From Escherichia coli (GTDB lineage Bacteria; Pseudomonadota; Gammaproteobacteria; Enterobacterales; Enterobacteriaceae), in the NCBI RefSeq assembly GCF_001677475.2, contig NZ_CP015229.1: a DNA stretch of 64,000 bases; one strand, given 5' to 3'. The notes beneath the pieces are model-generated. The model was not told where the DNA came from and made no database searches. It saw only the letters and a list, made by a program, of their open reading frames with translations. Positions 15,689-27,743 of the stretch are shown here, piece by piece (within the stretch, counting starts at the first letter, position 1; every line of letters begins with the position of its first letter). A program made the translations under genes and the position numbers.

Positions 15689-16366
15689 ATGAGTGCGTCG
15701 TTGGCGATCCTGACCATCGGCATTGTACCTATGCAGGAAGTTTTGCCGCTCCTGACAGAATACATTGACGAAGATAATATTTCCCATCATAGCCTGCTGG
15801 GGAAGTTAAGCCGCGAAGAAGTGATGACGGAGTACGCGCCAGAAGCAGGCGAAGACACAATTCTCACATTATTAAATGACAACCAGCTGGCCCATGTTTC
15901 GCGTCGTAAAGTGGAACGAGACCTGCAAGGTGTGGTTGAAGTGCTCGATAATCAGGGTTATGACGTCATTTTATTAATGAGTACAGCAAACATTAGTAGT
16001 ATGACTGCGCGTAATACGATCTTTCTTGAACCGTCGCGAATATTGCCTCCGCTGGTTTCTTCTATTGTTGAAGATCATCAGGTGGGGGTTATCGTTCCGG
16101 TTGAGGAGATGCTGCCCGTTCAGGCGCAAAAATGGCAAATTTTGCAGAAATCGCCGGTATTTTCATTGGGTAACCCCATTCATGATTCAGAACAAAAAAT
16201 CATTGATGCCGGGAAAGAATTACTGGCAAAAGGGGCTGATGTCATCATGCTGGATTGTTTAGGATTTCACCAACGTCATCGCGATTTACTGCAAAAACAG
16301 CTCGATGTTCCTGTCTTGCTCTCTAACGTATTGATTGCACGGCTGGCTGCGGAATTACTGGTGTAA
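15689..16366 (+). CDS. aroM: Protein AroM
   Basis: 225 aa; synteny. Confidence 0.85.
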   Translation: MSASLAILTIGIVPMQEVLPLLTEYIDEDNISHHSLLGKLSREEVMTEYAPEAGEDTILTLLNDNQLAHVSRRKVERDLQGVVEVLDNQGYDVILLMSTANISSMTARNTIFLEPSRILPPLVSSIVEDHQVGVIVPVEEMLPVQAQKWQILQKSPVFSLGNPIHDSEQKIIDAGKELLAKGADVIMLDCLGFHQRHRDLLQKQLDVPVLLSNVLIARLAAELLV

Positions 16367-16437
16367 TTTTGCGTGACAGCCAGCGCCTCTGGCCCCTATA
16401 GTGAAGTAGATGTTCAACTACCAGACAGGGCCAGTTT

Positions 16438-16722
16438 ATGCTTCAAAGTAATGAGTACTTTTCAGGCAAAGTGAAATCGATCGGCTTTTCCAGCAGCAGC
16501 ACTGGTCGCGCCAGCGTGGGTGTTATGGTTGAAGGTGAATACACCTTCAGCACCGCTGAGCCTGAAGAGATGACGGTAATCAGTGGCGCGCTGAATGTGT
16601 TACTGCCTGACGCGACCGACTGGCAAGTGTATGAAGCCGGTTCGGTGTTTAATGTTCCCGGTCACAGCGAGTTTCATCTGCAAGTTGCCGAACCCACCTC
16701 TTATCTGTGCCGCTATCTGTAA
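16438..16722 (+). CDS. ppnP: Pyrimidine/purine nucleoside phosphorylase PpnP (YaiE), cupin fold
   Basis: 94 aa; synteny. Confidence 0.85.
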
Positions 16723-16929
16723 TTCCTCGCCTTCCCCTTGAACGGGAGGGCATTTTTCTGAAATGTCCTCTCTTTAACCCATAATAATATTTCCTTTGCT
16801 GGGATTTTTTCGATTTCCGATATATTCATAATTCATCAAGGTTGATATAAATATCAGCGAAGATCTCCAGATATTGTTGCGGAACTGGCTACGATAAAAG
16901 ATAAATCAGATGATGAATGGTGGCGTGCA

Positions 16930-17208
16930 TTGCTGCAAAGTCGCAATGATCATTTGCGCCAAACGGCATTGCGCAACGCACATACCCCGGTGTTGTTAAC
17001 GGCATTGACTGAGTCTCAGGATCGGTCGCTGGCTATTAATAATCCACAGCTGGCTGCCGATGTGAAAACGGTGTGGCTAAAAGAGGAGCCATCATTACTT
17101 TTATTTGTCGATCAACCCGCTCTTCCGCAGTTACGGGATTTAGTGAAAAACGGGGCAACGCGGAAAATTCGCAGTGAAGCGCGTCACCGGCTTGAGGAAA
17201 AACAATGA
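16930..17208 (+). CDS. ykiA: Hypothetical small protein in the ykiA position; no ATG start (TTG), possibly a gene remnant
   Basis: 92-aa ORF; the frame stays open upstream to a stop at 16843 without any ATG. Confidence 0.35.
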   Translation: MLQSRNDHLRQTALRNAHTPVLLTALTESQDRSLAINNPQLAADVKTVWLKEEPSLLLFVDQPALPQLRDLVKNGATRKIRSEARHRLEEKQ

Positions 17209-17310
17209 CACAACGCCCCTGGAGCAAGTTACAGCGTAAAACGCATAATATTGCTGCGCTAAAAATTATTGCCCGCCGTAGCGAATAATTATATTCCTGG
17301 TGTGGCTTCG

Positions 17311-17340
17311 TACGCCGGATAAGACGCGGCAGGCGTCGCA
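17311..17340. repeat. REP (repetitive extragenic palindrome) element
   Basis: GCCGGATAAGACGCGGCAGGCGTCGCATCCGGCA resembles the E. coli REP consensus. Confidence 0.6.
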
Positions 17341-17365
17341 TCCGGCATTAAAGGAAAATCAGCAA

Positions 17366-18277
17366 TTAACGTTGTGCTTCGCCACCTAATCCTTCGATCA
17401 GGTTTTGAATTAACGCTGCCAGTTCACCAGTCATCAGGATGAAATCGGCATCAAAACGCTGGGCGAAATCTTCACGGTCGATATCTTCGTTTTGATCGCG
17501 CAGCTCGTCGCAGAACTTCAGACGCTTGAGCGAACCATCGTCGCACATCACAAACTGAATGCGCTGCTGCCAGTCGAGCGCCAGTTTAGTCACCACTTTT
17601 CCGGCTTCAATGTGATTAGTGATCTCTTCGCTGGTCAGATCTTGTTTCTTCGCGCGGATCACGCCGCCATCTTCCAGCAACGATTTCAGCTCGGCTTCAT
17701 CAAGCAGCTGGAAGCCCTGTGCCGCACTACCGGAACGTACCCATTCGGTCAGCGTCAGTTCAATCGGGTTTTCCATGCTCAATGGTACAACCGGTAACGA
17801 CCCCAGGCTTTTACGCAGCAGTGCCAGCGTATCTTCCGCTTTTTTGGCACTGGCGCAGTCCACCATAATCAAACCATTAACCGTGTCGATCCACATCATT
17901 GTCTGGCTAAAACGGCTGAAAGCACGCGGCAGCAGAGAGTGCAGCACTTCGTCTTTCAGCGAATCTTTTTCGGTTTTCTTCAGCTTACGCGCCTGTTCCG
18001 CTTCCAGTTTGGCGATTTTCGCTTCCAGCGCCTGTTTAATCACCGGAGACGGGAGGATTTTTTCTTCTTTGCGTGCGCAGATAACAATTTGACCATTGGC
18101 AACGTGCGTTAACGCATCGCTGTGCGATCCCATCGGAGGAACCCAGCCCATCTTCGCCATGTCCTGGCTGCCGCATGGGGTAAATGCCATCGAGGCTAGC
18201 TGTTTTTCCATCTCTTCTGCACGCAGCGAAATCTCGCGGCTAAGACGGTAAACCATTAAATTTTTGAACCACAGCAT
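17366..18277 (-). CDS. rdgC: Recombination-associated protein RdgC
   Basis: 303 aa from [12 protein letters not shown]; synteny. Confidence 0.9.
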
Positions 18278-18401
18278 GATAATTTCCACGGCCTTGTCGT
18301 TAAATTTAGCGGGCATGATAACGAATTGTCGGCGGCCTTGCATTGCCAATCCGGTTGTCCGTCTCTACGCTATTGATATTGAAAAAAATAAGGAGAGTAC
18401 C

Positions 18402-19310
18402 GTGCGTATAGGTATCGATTTAGGCGGCACCAAAACTGAAGTGATTGCACTGGGCGATGCAGGGGAGCAGTTGTACCGCTATCGTCTGCCCACGCCGCGT
18501 GATGATTACCAGCAGACTATTGAAACGATCGCCACGTTGGTTGATATGGCGGAGCAGGCGACAGGGCAGCGCGGAACGGTAGGTATGGGCATTCCAGGTT
18601 CGATTTCGCCCTACACCGGTGTGGTGAAGAATGCCAATTCAACCTGGCTCAACGGTCAGCCATTCGATAAAGACTTAAGCGCGAGGTTGCAGCGGGAAGT
18701 GCGGCTGGCAAATGACGCCAACTGTCTGGCGGTTTCAGAAGCAGTAGATGGCGCGGCAGCAGGAGCGCAGACGGTATTTGCCGTGATTATCGGCACGGGA
18801 TGCGGCGCGGGCGTGGCATTCAATGGGCGGGCGCATATCGGCGGCAATGGTACGGCAGGCGAGTGGGGACACAATCCGCTACCGTGGATGGACGAAGACG
18901 AACTGCGTTATCGCGAGGAAGTCCCTTGTTATTGCGGTAAACAAGGTTGTATTGAAACCTTTATTTCGGGCACGGGATTTGCGACGGATTATCGTCGTTT
19001 GAGCGGACATGCGCTGAAAGGCAGTGAAATTATCAGCCTGGTTGAAGAAAGCGATCCGGTAGCGGAACTGGCATTGCGTCGCTACGAGCTGCGGCTGGCA
19101 AAATCGCTGGCACATGTCGTGAATATTCTCGATCCGGATGTGATTGTCCTGGGGGGCGGGATGAGCAATGTAGACCGTTTATATCAAACGGTTCCGCAGT
19201 TGATTAAACAATTTGTCTTCGGCGGCGAATGTGAAACGCCGGTGCGTAAGGCGAAGCACGGTGATTCCAGCGGCGTACGCGGCGCTGCGTGGTTATGGCC
19301 ACAAGAGTAA
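18402..19310 (+). CDS. mak: Fructokinase / manno(fructo)kinase, ROK family
   Basis: 302 aa from GTG at 18402 with AAGGAG RBS; ROK glycine-rich motif GIDLGGTK. Confidence 0.88.
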   Translation: MRIGIDLGGTKTEVIALGDAGEQLYRYRLPTPRDDYQQTIETIATLVDMAEQATGQRGTVGMGIPGSISPYTGVVKNANSTWLNGQPFDKDLSARLQREVRLANDANCLAVSEAVDGAAAGAQTVFAVIIGTGCGAGVAFNGRAHIGGNGTAGEWGHNPLPWMDEDELRYREEVPCYCGKQGCIETFISGTGFATDYRRLSGHALKGSEIISLVEESDPVAELALRRYELRLAKSLAHVVNILDPDVIVLGGGMSNVDRLYQTVPQLIKQFVFGGECETPVRKAKHGDSSGVRGAAWLWPQE

Positions 19311-19334
19311 AAAACCCAGGCAATTGGCGCATCA

Positions 19335-19426
19335 TGCCTGATGCGACGCTTGCCGCGTCTTATCAGGCCTACAAAATGTGCCAGAACCGCGTAGGGCGGA
19401 TAAGGCGTTCACGCCGCATCCGGCAA
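19335..19426. repeat. REP cluster (BIME-like, two inverted REP units) between mak and araJ
   Basis: GCCTGATGCGACGCTTGCCGCGTCTTATCAGGCCTAC and GGATAAGGCGTTCACGCCGCATCCGGCA. Confidence 0.7.
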
Positions 19427-19452
19427 TAAGTAATTAGCACCGAGACTATAAC

Positions 19453-20637
19453 CTACCCCAGTGGTTTCGCCAGCACCGGAGTATCCGCCGCTTGCTGGCG
19501 CTTATAGCGACCATACAGCAGCAATGACGACATAGCAGCAAACGAAAGCAGGGCGGCAGGCAGCGCCACGTAATTATATGTCAGCCCCAGCGTCAGCATC
19601 ATACCACCGCAATATGCGCCGACGGCGCTACCGAGGTTAAACGCTATTTGCCCACCTGCGGCACCTAATAACTCTCCGCCTTTGGCGTTTTGCAGTAACA
19701 ATATTTGTAGAGGTGCTGAAAGGGCAAATAATCCCGCGCAACAAATAAATGCAAAAATAAGCGACGTTGTTTTCATGCCGCCGAAGAAAAAGAGCATCAG
19801 CAGTGCCAGGACAATGATAAAGTCAGTCACTGCTGCAATGCGCAGTGGTGAATAACGTCCTGAAATCCTGCCACTTAGCATATTTCCCAGCACCATCCCT
19901 AGCCCAACTAACATCATAATAAAGGTCATCGCCGTTTCCGAAAAACCGGAAATAAACATCATGTATGGCTTTACGTAGCTGAACCAGGCAAACACACCTG
20001 CGTTGCCAAACATGGTGGCGGCGAAAATTAACCACGGGGCCGGGCTGCGTAAAAAGTGAAATTGTTCGCGCAGCTTTCCTTTCGTCTCGTCGCGAATATC
20101 CGGCACCCAAAAATAGACCGATGCCATCACCGCAATATTAAAAACAGCGATCAATAAAAAGGTGTAACGCCAGCTAAATTCCTGACTTAAATACGTTCCC
20201 AGCGGAATGCCCAGCAAATTGGCGACTGTCATCCCGGAAACCATCCCCGCCACGGCGGCGGTGACTTTTCCGGGTTTGATAATTTTCGATAACACGATCG
20301 CGCCGACGCCAAAAAATGCGCCATGCGGAAAGCCGGAAACCAGGCGACCAATGGCAAGCATCAGGTAAGACGAAGAGAGCGTGAACATGGCGTTACCAAT
20401 GACGCACAACGCCACCAGAAACAACAAGATATGTTTGAGTGAGTAGCGGCTGGAAAAGAGAGCGATGATTGGCGCACCGACCACCACCCCCAGCGCATAA
20501 TACGAGATCATATGCCCGGCGGCAGGAATCGAAATTCCTACGTTATGCGCCAGCTCCGTGAGCACGCCCATAATGCCAAATTCGGCCATCCCCAAACCAA
20601 ACGTGCCCAGAGCCAAAGATAAAATGACTTTTTTCAT
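19453..20637 (-). CDS. araJ: MFS transporter AraJ
   Basis: 394 aa from MKKVILSLALG; 12-TM MFS-like profile; synteny. Confidence 0.88.
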   Translation of the reverse strand: MKKVILSLALGTFGLGMAEFGIMGVLTELAHNVGISIPAAGHMISYYALGVVVGAPIIALFSSRYSLKHILLFLVALCVIGNAMFTLSSSYLMLAIGRLVSGFPHGAFFGVGAIVLSKIIKPGKVTAAVAGMVSGMTVANLLGIPLGTYLSQEFSWRYTFLLIAVFNIAVMASVYFWVPDIRDETKGKLREQFHFLRSPAPWLIFAATMFGNAGVFAWFSYVKPYMMFISGFSETAMTFIMMLVGLGMVLGNMLSGRISGRYSPLRIAAVTDFIIVLALLMLFFFGGMKTTSLIFAFICCAGLFALSAPLQILLLQNAKGGELLGAAGGQIAFNLGSAVGAYCGGMMLTLGLTYNYVALPAALLSFAAMSSLLLYGRYKRQQAADTPVLAKPLG

Positions 20638-20762
20638 ACCACCATCACAACCACCAGAACGGCTACCAATCACCGTAGCCAATAAAGTGATAGCTTGCAG
20701 GATAACGACCAGCAAGGCCAAGAGATAATTCGCCCCTCTGTATTCATTATCCTGCTGAATAG

Positions 20763-23700
20763 TTATTTCACTGCAAACGTACTTTCCAGTTTGCTGTAGC
20801 CCAGGCCGTTGATCTTTTTCACTTTGATCTGCACCGGAATACGCTCTTTCATCGCTTCTACGTGGCTAATCACACCGATGGTTTTGCCACTGGCGTTCAG
20901 GGCATCCAGCGCATCAAGGGCGGTATCCAGCGTTTCGCTATCCAGCGTGCCAAAACCTTCATCAAGGAACAGCGAGTCAATACGTGTTTTATGGCTGACC
21001 AGATCCGAAAGCGCCAGCGCCAGCGCCAGACTGACGAGGAAACTTTCGCCTCCGGAAAGGGTACGGGTATCGCGTACCGCATCTGCCTGCCAGGTATCAA
21101 CAACCTCGACTTCCAGCGCCTCGCTGGCTTTGCGCTGTAACAGATAGCGCCCGTGCAGCCGGGTAAGTTGCTGATTAGCGAGATGGACTAAATTATCCAG
21201 CGTCAGCCCCTGGGCAAACTTGCGGAATTTATCGCCCTCTTTGGAACCTATTAGCGAATTCAGATATCCCCAGTCCTCAACCTGCTGCGTCATTTGAGCA
21301 ATTTGCTGCATTAAGGTTTGTTGTTGCTGACGGTTATCTGCATCCTGCTTCAGCTGCTGGCGAATCTCGCCTTGACTCGTGGTGTTTTCACGCAACTTTT
21401 GGTGAGTTTGCGCTAACTCTTGCTGAATCTGCTCCACCGTCACAGTGAGAGCCAACCCGCCAGGTCGGTGTTGCTGATGCTGTGCCAGCGTTTCTGCTGT
21501 CTGAGTGACCAGCGTTTGCGCCTGACGGCGCTGGTTTTCCAGATTCTGCTTGAGCTGTTCCAGCTGCGTTAGTGTTTGTTCATCCATTAGCGCCGCAAGG
21601 AACGCCTGCTGATCGTCAAAGACGCTGGCCTGTAGCGCGGTGTCAAACTGCGCCTGGGCTTTTTGCAGACTTTGCGCCGCCAGAACGTCCTGTTGCTGTA
21701 ACGTCTGCTGCTGGCTGTGTAATGCGAGACATTGTTCATGTACCTGCCGCCAGTTTTCCAGTACCACAGTTTCTTCGCAGTGCGGGAGTTCATCACTTTG
21801 CGGCAACGTTTCCAGAATCGGCGTCAGCTGCTGAATACGGTTTTGCAGCGCGGTTAATTCGTTCTGGCGATGTTGCCAGCTCTGCGCTTCTTGCTGACGT
21901 GTCGCCAACCAGCTCTCTTCTTCATCTTCCTGTGGCAATGTCAGTGCATAACCCGCCAATGCCGTTAAGAGCTGCTGCTGGCGTTGTTCAATTTGCTGTT
22001 GATACTGGATAATTTGCTGATTATGTGCGGCAATCTGCCCTTGTAATTCATGTCGTTGGCTGAGTAACCGCAGCTGGCGTTCGTGCTCATCTTGTGCATC
22101 TAGCCACGGTTGAATATCGTCCTGTGGCTGCAAGGTGATATTGAGGCTGGCCGTGACGGCTTGCCATTGTTGAGTAAGTGCTTGCTCATCTTGTCGGAGG
22201 CTTTGCGCTTCGTTTTCATCACGCTGAAGCTGCTTTGTTAAGGCGTCCAGTTGCCCACGTAGCGTCGCACCTTCTTCACCGAGCTTTTTAACTTCGTTTT
22301 CCAGCGCCAGTAATCGAGACTGATTAACACCAGGCTCCAGCGCCTGATACGCCTCGACCGCCGGGTGGCTGGTGGAACCACAAAGTGGGCAAGGCTGACC
22401 CGCCTGTAACTGCGCGCGCTGGGCTTCCAGCGTTTTAATGCGCGCTTCCTGCTCGCAAATGGTTTTCACATCGGCAAGTTGCTGCGTCTTTTCTTTATAA
22501 CGCTGGCGCATTTCGTTAAGTGCGGCATTACGTTGCGTCTGTTCCAGAGTGACATTCTGGATAGTGACCATTAACTGCGCCAGACGTTTTTGTTGGGGAA
22601 CAATCTGCCCATGCAGCGCGACCAGGTGCTGACGCAGTGGGCGTTGCTCAGCATGTTGCGCCAGGGCGGTAGCAACTTCATCGGCGGTTAACGTCAACGT
22701 AATAGCCGCAAGCGCATTAAGTTTTTGCTCAGCATGGGTTAACTGTTGCTGCCATTGCCGCAGATGCTCGCGATCGCTGGTTTGTTGGGAGAACTGCGCA
22801 CGCCAACCCGCCAGTTCGTTGTTCCACTGACGGAAGCGGTCGTGTTCCTGTAACCAGGTATTCAGGCTTTGTTGCTGCTGCTGTAATTCTGCTGACTGCT
22901 TCGCCGCGTGGTGGCGAATGCTCGCGCGAAGCGCCATTGTGCTCTGTAAGCGAGTATTTACTTCTTCAATCTGCTGGCGAGTATGCGCCAGCGCCGCGCT
23001 GTGTTCTGCGATGCGTTCCCAGTGCGGACGAAGATTTCGTGCCGGTTGTGCCAGACTGAGCGCCGCCAGTTGAGGTTGCGCTTTTTCTTCTTCGGCTAAC
23101 GCCTGTTGCAAGGCCTGCTGACGGCGGCTGGCTTCTTGCTGCAATTCGTCCAGACGCGTTAACCAGTTTAGCGATTGTTGTTCTTGCTGCTGCGCGGTAA
23201 GTAACTGTTTTTCTTCGTCAGTAAGTACCTGCAAACTCGCTGTCAGCGATTGCACTTGTTCCGGCGTGAGCAACGCGACGCCGCTGGCCTGCGCTTGCAG
23301 CTTCTCCAGCTCAGTGCGGGCCGATTTGTGCTGCTCAAAAACCATCGCCGAGATTTGCCCGTAGATTTCAGTGCCGGTTAACTCCTCAAGCAATTCCGCG
23401 CGTTCTTTGGGTTTGGCATTCAGGAAGGCAGCAAATTGCCCCTGCGAAAGCAGCATCGAACGGGTGAAGCGCCCGTAATCCAGCCCGGTTAACGTCGCTG
23501 TCAGTTCCAGCTTATCTTTCACTTTGTCGGCGAGAATTTTGCCGTCGGCGCAACGCGCCAGCTCTACGCGTGGCACCTGCAAATTACCGTCGGGTTGGTT
23601 ACGCGCCCGATTCTGGCTCCAGAACGCGCGATACGCTTCACCTTTCACTTCAAACTCCACCTCCGCCAGACATTCGGCGGTATCGCGGGTCATGAGATCA

Positions 23701-23906
23701 TTTTGCGATTGTGAAACGTTAGAGAGGCGCGGAGTTTCGTGATACAGCGCCAGACAAATGGCGTCCAGCAGGGTGGTTTTCCCCGCACCGGTCGGGCCGG
23801 TAATTGCAAACAGCCCGTTGCTGGCGAACGGCTCGCGGGTGAAATCAATCTTCCATTCGCCTTTTAATGAGTTCAGGTTTTTCAGGCGCAGGCTGAGAAT
23901 TTTCAT
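20763..23906 (-). CDS. sbcC: Exonuclease SbcCD, ATPase subunit SbcC (SMC-like)
   Basis: 1047 aa; N-terminal Walker A (GPTGAGKTT); long Gln-rich coiled coil with a central CxxC zinc hook (CPLCGS); C-terminal signature/Walker B. Confidence 0.93.
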   Translation of the reverse strand: MKILSLRLKNLNSLKGEWKIDFTREPFASNGLFAITGPTGAGKTTLLDAICLALYHETPRLSNVSQSQNDLMTRDTAECLAEVEFEVKGEAYRAFWSQNRARNQPDGNLQVPRVELARCADGKILADKVKDKLELTATLTGLDYGRFTRSMLLSQGQFAAFLNAKPKERAELLEELTGTEIYGQISAMVFEQHKSARTELEKLQAQASGVALLTPEQVQSLTASLQVLTDEEKQLLTAQQQEQQSLNWLTRLDELQQEASRRQQALQQALAEEEKAQPQLAALSLAQPARNLRPHWERIAEHSAALAHTRQQIEEVNTRLQSTMALRASIRHHAAKQSAELQQQQQSLNTWLQEHDRFRQWNNELAGWRAQFSQQTSDREHLRQWQQQLTHAEQKLNALAAITLTLTADEVATALAQHAEQRPLRQHLVALHGQIVPQQKRLAQLMVTIQNVTLEQTQRNAALNEMRQRYKEKTQQLADVKTICEQEARIKTLEAQRAQLQAGQPCPLCGSTSHPAVEAYQALEPGVNQSRLLALENEVKKLGEEGATLRGQLDALTKQLQRDENEAQSLRQDEQALTQQWQAVTASLNITLQPQDDIQPWLDAQDEHERQLRLLSQRHELQGQIAAHNQQIIQYQQQIEQRQQQLLTALAGYALTLPQEDEEESWLATRQQEAQSWQHRQNELTALQNRIQQLTPILETLPQSDELPHCEETVVLENWRQVHEQCLALHSQQQTLQQQDVLAAQSLQKAQAQFDTALQASVFDDQQAFLAALMDEQTLTQLEQLKQNLENQRRQAQTLVTQTAETLAQHQQHRPGGLALTVTVEQIQQELAQTHQKLRENTTSQGEIRQQLKQDADNRQQQQTLMQQIAQMTQQVEDWGYLNSLIGSKEGDKFRKFAQGLTLDNLVHLANQQLTRLHGRYLLQRKASEALEVEVVDTWQADAVRDTRTLSGGESFLVSLALALALSDLVSHKTRIDSLFLDEGFGTLDSETLDTALDALDALNASGKTIGVISHVEAMKERIPVQIKVKKINGLGYSKLESTFAVK

Positions 23907-25105
23907 GCTTCGTGTTCTCCGGCGAGGGTATGCAACGTCGTGGCGAAAAGATGCTGCAGACGTTGCTGCTGCGATTCATCCAGTTCTTCCAGTGCCAGAC
24001 GGCGATTGAACACCTCTTCGACGCTGAGTTCGCTGAGGGTTTCACGCTGTTGGCTGGCTAACACTCGCTCGCGCTGTTCACGACTCCGGCGTACCAGCAA
24101 TACTTCGACAGGTAATGATTCGGTTAATGCCTGGATTTTGCGCTGAATATCATGCAGATACTCATCAGTAGTGATTTCGATATCCAGCCAGACAGGTGGC
24201 TCCTGTGATACATCGCGCCACTGTTCCAGCTGTGCGGTAATCGACGCCAGATCGCCTTTCAGCACCGCCATGGGTTGCGTTACCGGTACGTTCAGGTTTT
24301 CCACGCTCTCTAATTTGCCGTTTGAAAATGTCACCAGATGGACATATTTACTCTTACCGCATTCATCAAAACTCAGTGGAATGGGGGAACCGCAATAGCG
24401 AACATGTTCCATGCCGCCAATAATCTGTGCGCGGTGAATATGCCCGAGCGCGATGTAGTCGGCTGGTGGAAAGTTTTGTGCCGGAAACGCGTCCAGCGTG
24501 CCAATATAGATGTCACGCACGGCATCACTTTTACTGGCACCCACAGTTGTTAAATGTCCCGTGGCGATGATGGGCAGAGGCTGATCGCCGCGCAGTTTGC
24601 AGGCATCGGCATAGTGTTGTTGATAATAATCAGTAATAGCCGCCAGCAAATGCTGCTGTTTTTCAATACCGTTAAGCCCCGCCTGGCTGGTAATAATGTC
24701 ACGCGGGCGTAAAAAAGGTATGGGACACAGTACTGCGCCTGGCGTCCCGTCGCGACGAGGCAAGATTTGCGGCGCATGTCCGGCGCTGGCGACCACGGTA
24801 GTATTGAGGAACGCCATGATATCGCGCGATTCATTCAGCGTGGCGACCGAGTCATGGTTTCCTGCCAGTACCACCAGATGACAGCCAGTTTGCTGTAAAT
24901 TGACAACAAAACGGTTGTATAACGTGCGGGCGTAACTGGGCGGCGAGCCGGTATCGAAAACATCACCGGCAACAATAATCGCATCCACCTGATGGGTTTG
25001 TGCTGTCTCCAGCAGCCAGTCAAGAAAAGCCTGATGTTCAGCTTCGCGGCTTTTACTGTAGAAGTTCTGGCCGAGATGCCAGTCTGAGGTGTGAAGGATG
25101 CGCAT
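23903..25105 (-). CDS. sbcD: Exonuclease SbcCD, nuclease subunit SbcD (Mre11-like)
   Basis: 400 aa from [12 protein letters not shown] (phosphoesterase motif I); stop overlaps the sbcC start by 4 nt. Confidence 0.93.
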   Translation of the reverse strand: MRILHTSDWHLGQNFYSKSREAEHQAFLDWLLETAQTHQVDAIIVAGDVFDTGSPPSYARTLYNRFVVNLQQTGCHLVVLAGNHDSVATLNESRDIMAFLNTTVVASAGHAPQILPRRDGTPGAVLCPIPFLRPRDIITSQAGLNGIEKQQHLLAAITDYYQQHYADACKLRGDQPLPIIATGHLTTVGASKSDAVRDIYIGTLDAFPAQNFPPADYIALGHIHRAQIIGGMEHVRYCGSPIPLSFDECGKSKYVHLVTFSNGKLESVENLNVPVTQPMAVLKGDLASITAQLEQWRDVSQEPPVWLDIEITTDEYLHDIQRKIQALTESLPVEVLLVRRSREQRERVLASQQRETLSELSVEEVFNRRLALEELDESQQQRLQHLFATTLHTLAGEHEA

Positions 25106-25213
25106 AACGGTTCCCTGGCGAAAAAGCATGGGCGCGATTATACCCAAACAGATGTGCCATTTGCTTTTTTCTGCGCCACGGAAATCAATAACCTGAAGAT
25201 ATGTGCGACGAGC

Positions 25214-25243
25214 TTTTCATAAATCTGTCATAAATCTGACGCA
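25214..25243 (+). promoter_or_regulatory. Tandem Pho boxes of the autoregulated phoBR promoter
   Basis: TTTTCATAAATCTGTCATAAATCTGACGCA followed by a -10-like CATAAT. Confidence 0.7.
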
Positions 25244-25294
25244 TAATGACGTCGCATTAATGATCGCAACCTATTTATTACAACAGGGCAAATC

Positions 25295-25984
25295 ATGGCG
25301 AGACGTATTCTGGTCGTAGAAGATGAAGCACCAATTCGCGAAATGGTCTGCTTCGTGCTCGAACAAAATGGCTTTCAGCCGGTCGAAGCGGAAGATTATG
25401 ACAGTGCTGTGAATCAACTGAATGAACCCTGGCCGGATTTAATTCTCCTTGACTGGATGTTACCTGGCGGCTCCGGTATCCAGTTCATCAAACACCTCAA
25501 GCGCGAGTCGATGACCCGGGATATTCCAGTGGTGATGTTGACCGCCAGAGGGGAAGAAGAAGATCGCGTGCGCGGCCTTGAAACCGGCGCGGATGACTAT
25601 ATCACCAAGCCGTTTTCGCCGAAGGAGCTGGTGGCGCGAATCAAAGCGGTAATGCGTCGTATTTCGCCAATGGCGGTGGAAGAGGTGATTGAGATGCAGG
25701 GGCTAAGTCTGGACCCGACATCTCACCGGGTGATGGCGGGCGAAGAACCGCTGGAGATGGGGCCGACAGAATTTAAACTGCTGCACTTTTTTATGACCCA
25801 TCCTGAGCGCGTGTACAGCCGCGAGCAGCTGTTAAACCACGTCTGGGGAACCAACGTGTATGTGGAAGATCGTACGGTCGATGTCCACATTCGTCGCCTG
25901 CGTAAAGCACTGGAGCCCGGCGGGCATGACCGCATGGTGCAGACTGTGCGCGGTACAGGATATCGTTTTTCAACCCGCTTTTAA
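25295..25984 (+). CDS. phoB: Phosphate regulon response regulator PhoB
   Basis: 229 aa; receiver domain plus winged-helix output domain; synteny. Confidence 0.95.
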
Positions 25985-26041
25985 CGCCTTGCTCATCGGA
26001 CGCAGAGCAGGGCTTATGATTTCTTAACTGGAGTATCTTAC

Positions 26042-27337
26042 GTGCTGGAACGGCTGTCGTGGAAAAGGCTGGTGCTGGAGCTGCTACTTTGCTGCCTCCC
26101 GGCTTTCATCCTGGGTGCATTTTTTGGTTACCTGCCCTGGTTTTTGCTGGCATCGGTAACGGGACTGCTTATCTGGCATTTCTGGAATTTATTGCGCCTT
26201 TCATGGTGGCTGTGGGTGGATCGTAGTATGACCCCGCCACCGGGGCGTGGTAGCTGGGAACCGCTGCTATACGGCTTACACCAGATGCAGCTGCGAAATA
26301 AAAAACGCCGCCGTGAACTGGGCAATCTGATTAAACGCTTTCGTAGCGGCGCGGAGTCGCTACCCGACGCGGTGGTGCTGACCACGGAAGAGGGCGGTAT
26401 TTTCTGGTGTAACGGTCTGGCGCAACAGATTCTTGGTTTGCGCTGGCCGGAAGATAACGGGCAGAACATCCTTAACCTGCTGCGTTACCCGGAGTTTACG
26501 CAATATCTGAAAACGCGTGATTTTTCTCGCCCGCTCAATCTGGTGCTCAACACCGGGCGGCATCTGGAAATTCGCGTCATGCCTTATACCCACAAACAGT
26601 TGCTGATGGTGGCGCGTGATGTCACACAAATGCATCAACTGGAAGGGGCGCGGCGTAACTTTTTTGCCAACGTGAGCCATGAGTTACGTACGCCATTGAC
26701 CGTGTTACAGGGTTACCTGGAGATGATGGATGAGCAACCGCTGGAAGGCGCGGTACGTGAAAAAGCGTTGCACACCATGCGCGAGCAGACCCAGCGGATG
26801 GAAGGGCTGGTGAAGCAATTGCTGACGCTGTCGAAAATAGAAGCCGCACCGACGCATTTGCTCAATGAAAAGGTTGATGTGCCGATGATGCTGCGCGTTG
26901 TTGAGCGCGAGGCTCAGACTCTGAGTCAGAAAAAACAGACATTTACCTTTGAGATAGATAACGGCCTCAAGGTGTCTGGCAACGAAGATCAGCTACGCAG
27001 TGCGATTTCGAACCTGGTCTATAACGCCGTGAATCATACACCAGAAGGCACGCATATCACCGTACGCTGGCAGCGAGTGCCGCACGGTGCCGAATTTAGC
27101 GTTGAAGATAACGGACCGGGCATTGCACCGGAGCATATTCCGCGCCTGACCGAACGTTTTTATCGCGTTGATAAAGCGCGTTCCCGGCAAACCGGCGGTA
27201 GCGGATTAGGATTAGCGATCGTGAAACATGCGGTGAATCATCACGAAAGTCGCCTGAATATTGAGAGTACAGTAGGAAAAGGAACACGTTTCAGTTTTGT
27301 TATCCCGGAACGTTTAATTGCCAAAAACAGCGATTAA
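26042..27337 (+). CDS. phoR: Phosphate regulon sensor histidine kinase PhoR
   Basis: 431 aa; H-box HELRTPL; HATPase G-boxes; synteny. Confidence 0.95.
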   Translation: MLERLSWKRLVLELLLCCLPAFILGAFFGYLPWFLLASVTGLLIWHFWNLLRLSWWLWVDRSMTPPPGRGSWEPLLYGLHQMQLRNKKRRRELGNLIKRFRSGAESLPDAVVLTTEEGGIFWCNGLAQQILGLRWPEDNGQNILNLLRYPEFTQYLKTRDFSRPLNLVLNTGRHLEIRVMPYTHKQLLMVARDVTQMHQLEGARRNFFANVSHELRTPLTVLQGYLEMMDEQPLEGAVREKALHTMREQTQRMEGLVKQLLTLSKIEAAPTHLLNEKVDVPMMLRVVEREAQTLSQKKQTFTFEIDNGLKVSGNEDQLRSAISNLVYNAVNHTPEGTHITVRWQRVPHGAEFSVEDNGPGIAPEHIPRLTERFYRVDKARSRQTGGSGLGLAIVKHAVNHHESRLNIESTVGKGTRFSFVIPERLIAKNSD

Positions 27338-27743
27338 TCCGCCTTTGTCATCTTTTATTGCCATAAGCCAGCCGATGCTGGCTTATTTTCTTTGCAGTCA
27401 AAATACGGGCGTTAGATTTTACAACGGTTGGTGATTTTTTGTTCGCATGATTAGCCATGTCTTTTTCACGGAAATAGTGTTTTATACTGGTTGGTGATTT
27501 CTTATCGCTATATACCTCTGGTTTTTAGATCCCTCCTTGCTTTAAAACGTTATAAGCGTTTAAATTGCGCTTCAGGTGCTGTCATACTGACTGCATTAAC
27601 GCGGTAAATCGAAAAACTATTCTTCGCCGCGCCTGGTTGGGAGTATTTCCCGCTAATATTGTTTAAATATACCGCTGTATCATCCCCAGGGATTGGCACA
27701 AAAATTTAACGTTACAACACCACATCCACAGGCAGTATGATTT

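Noticed and set aside
20763-23906. Highly repetitive Gln/Leu/Ala-rich sequence in a 1047-aa ORF (possible low-complexity artefact or repeat protein)
   Set aside because: It is the coiled-coil arm of SbcC with its CxxC zinc hook and flanking ATPase motifs; an ordinary core gene.
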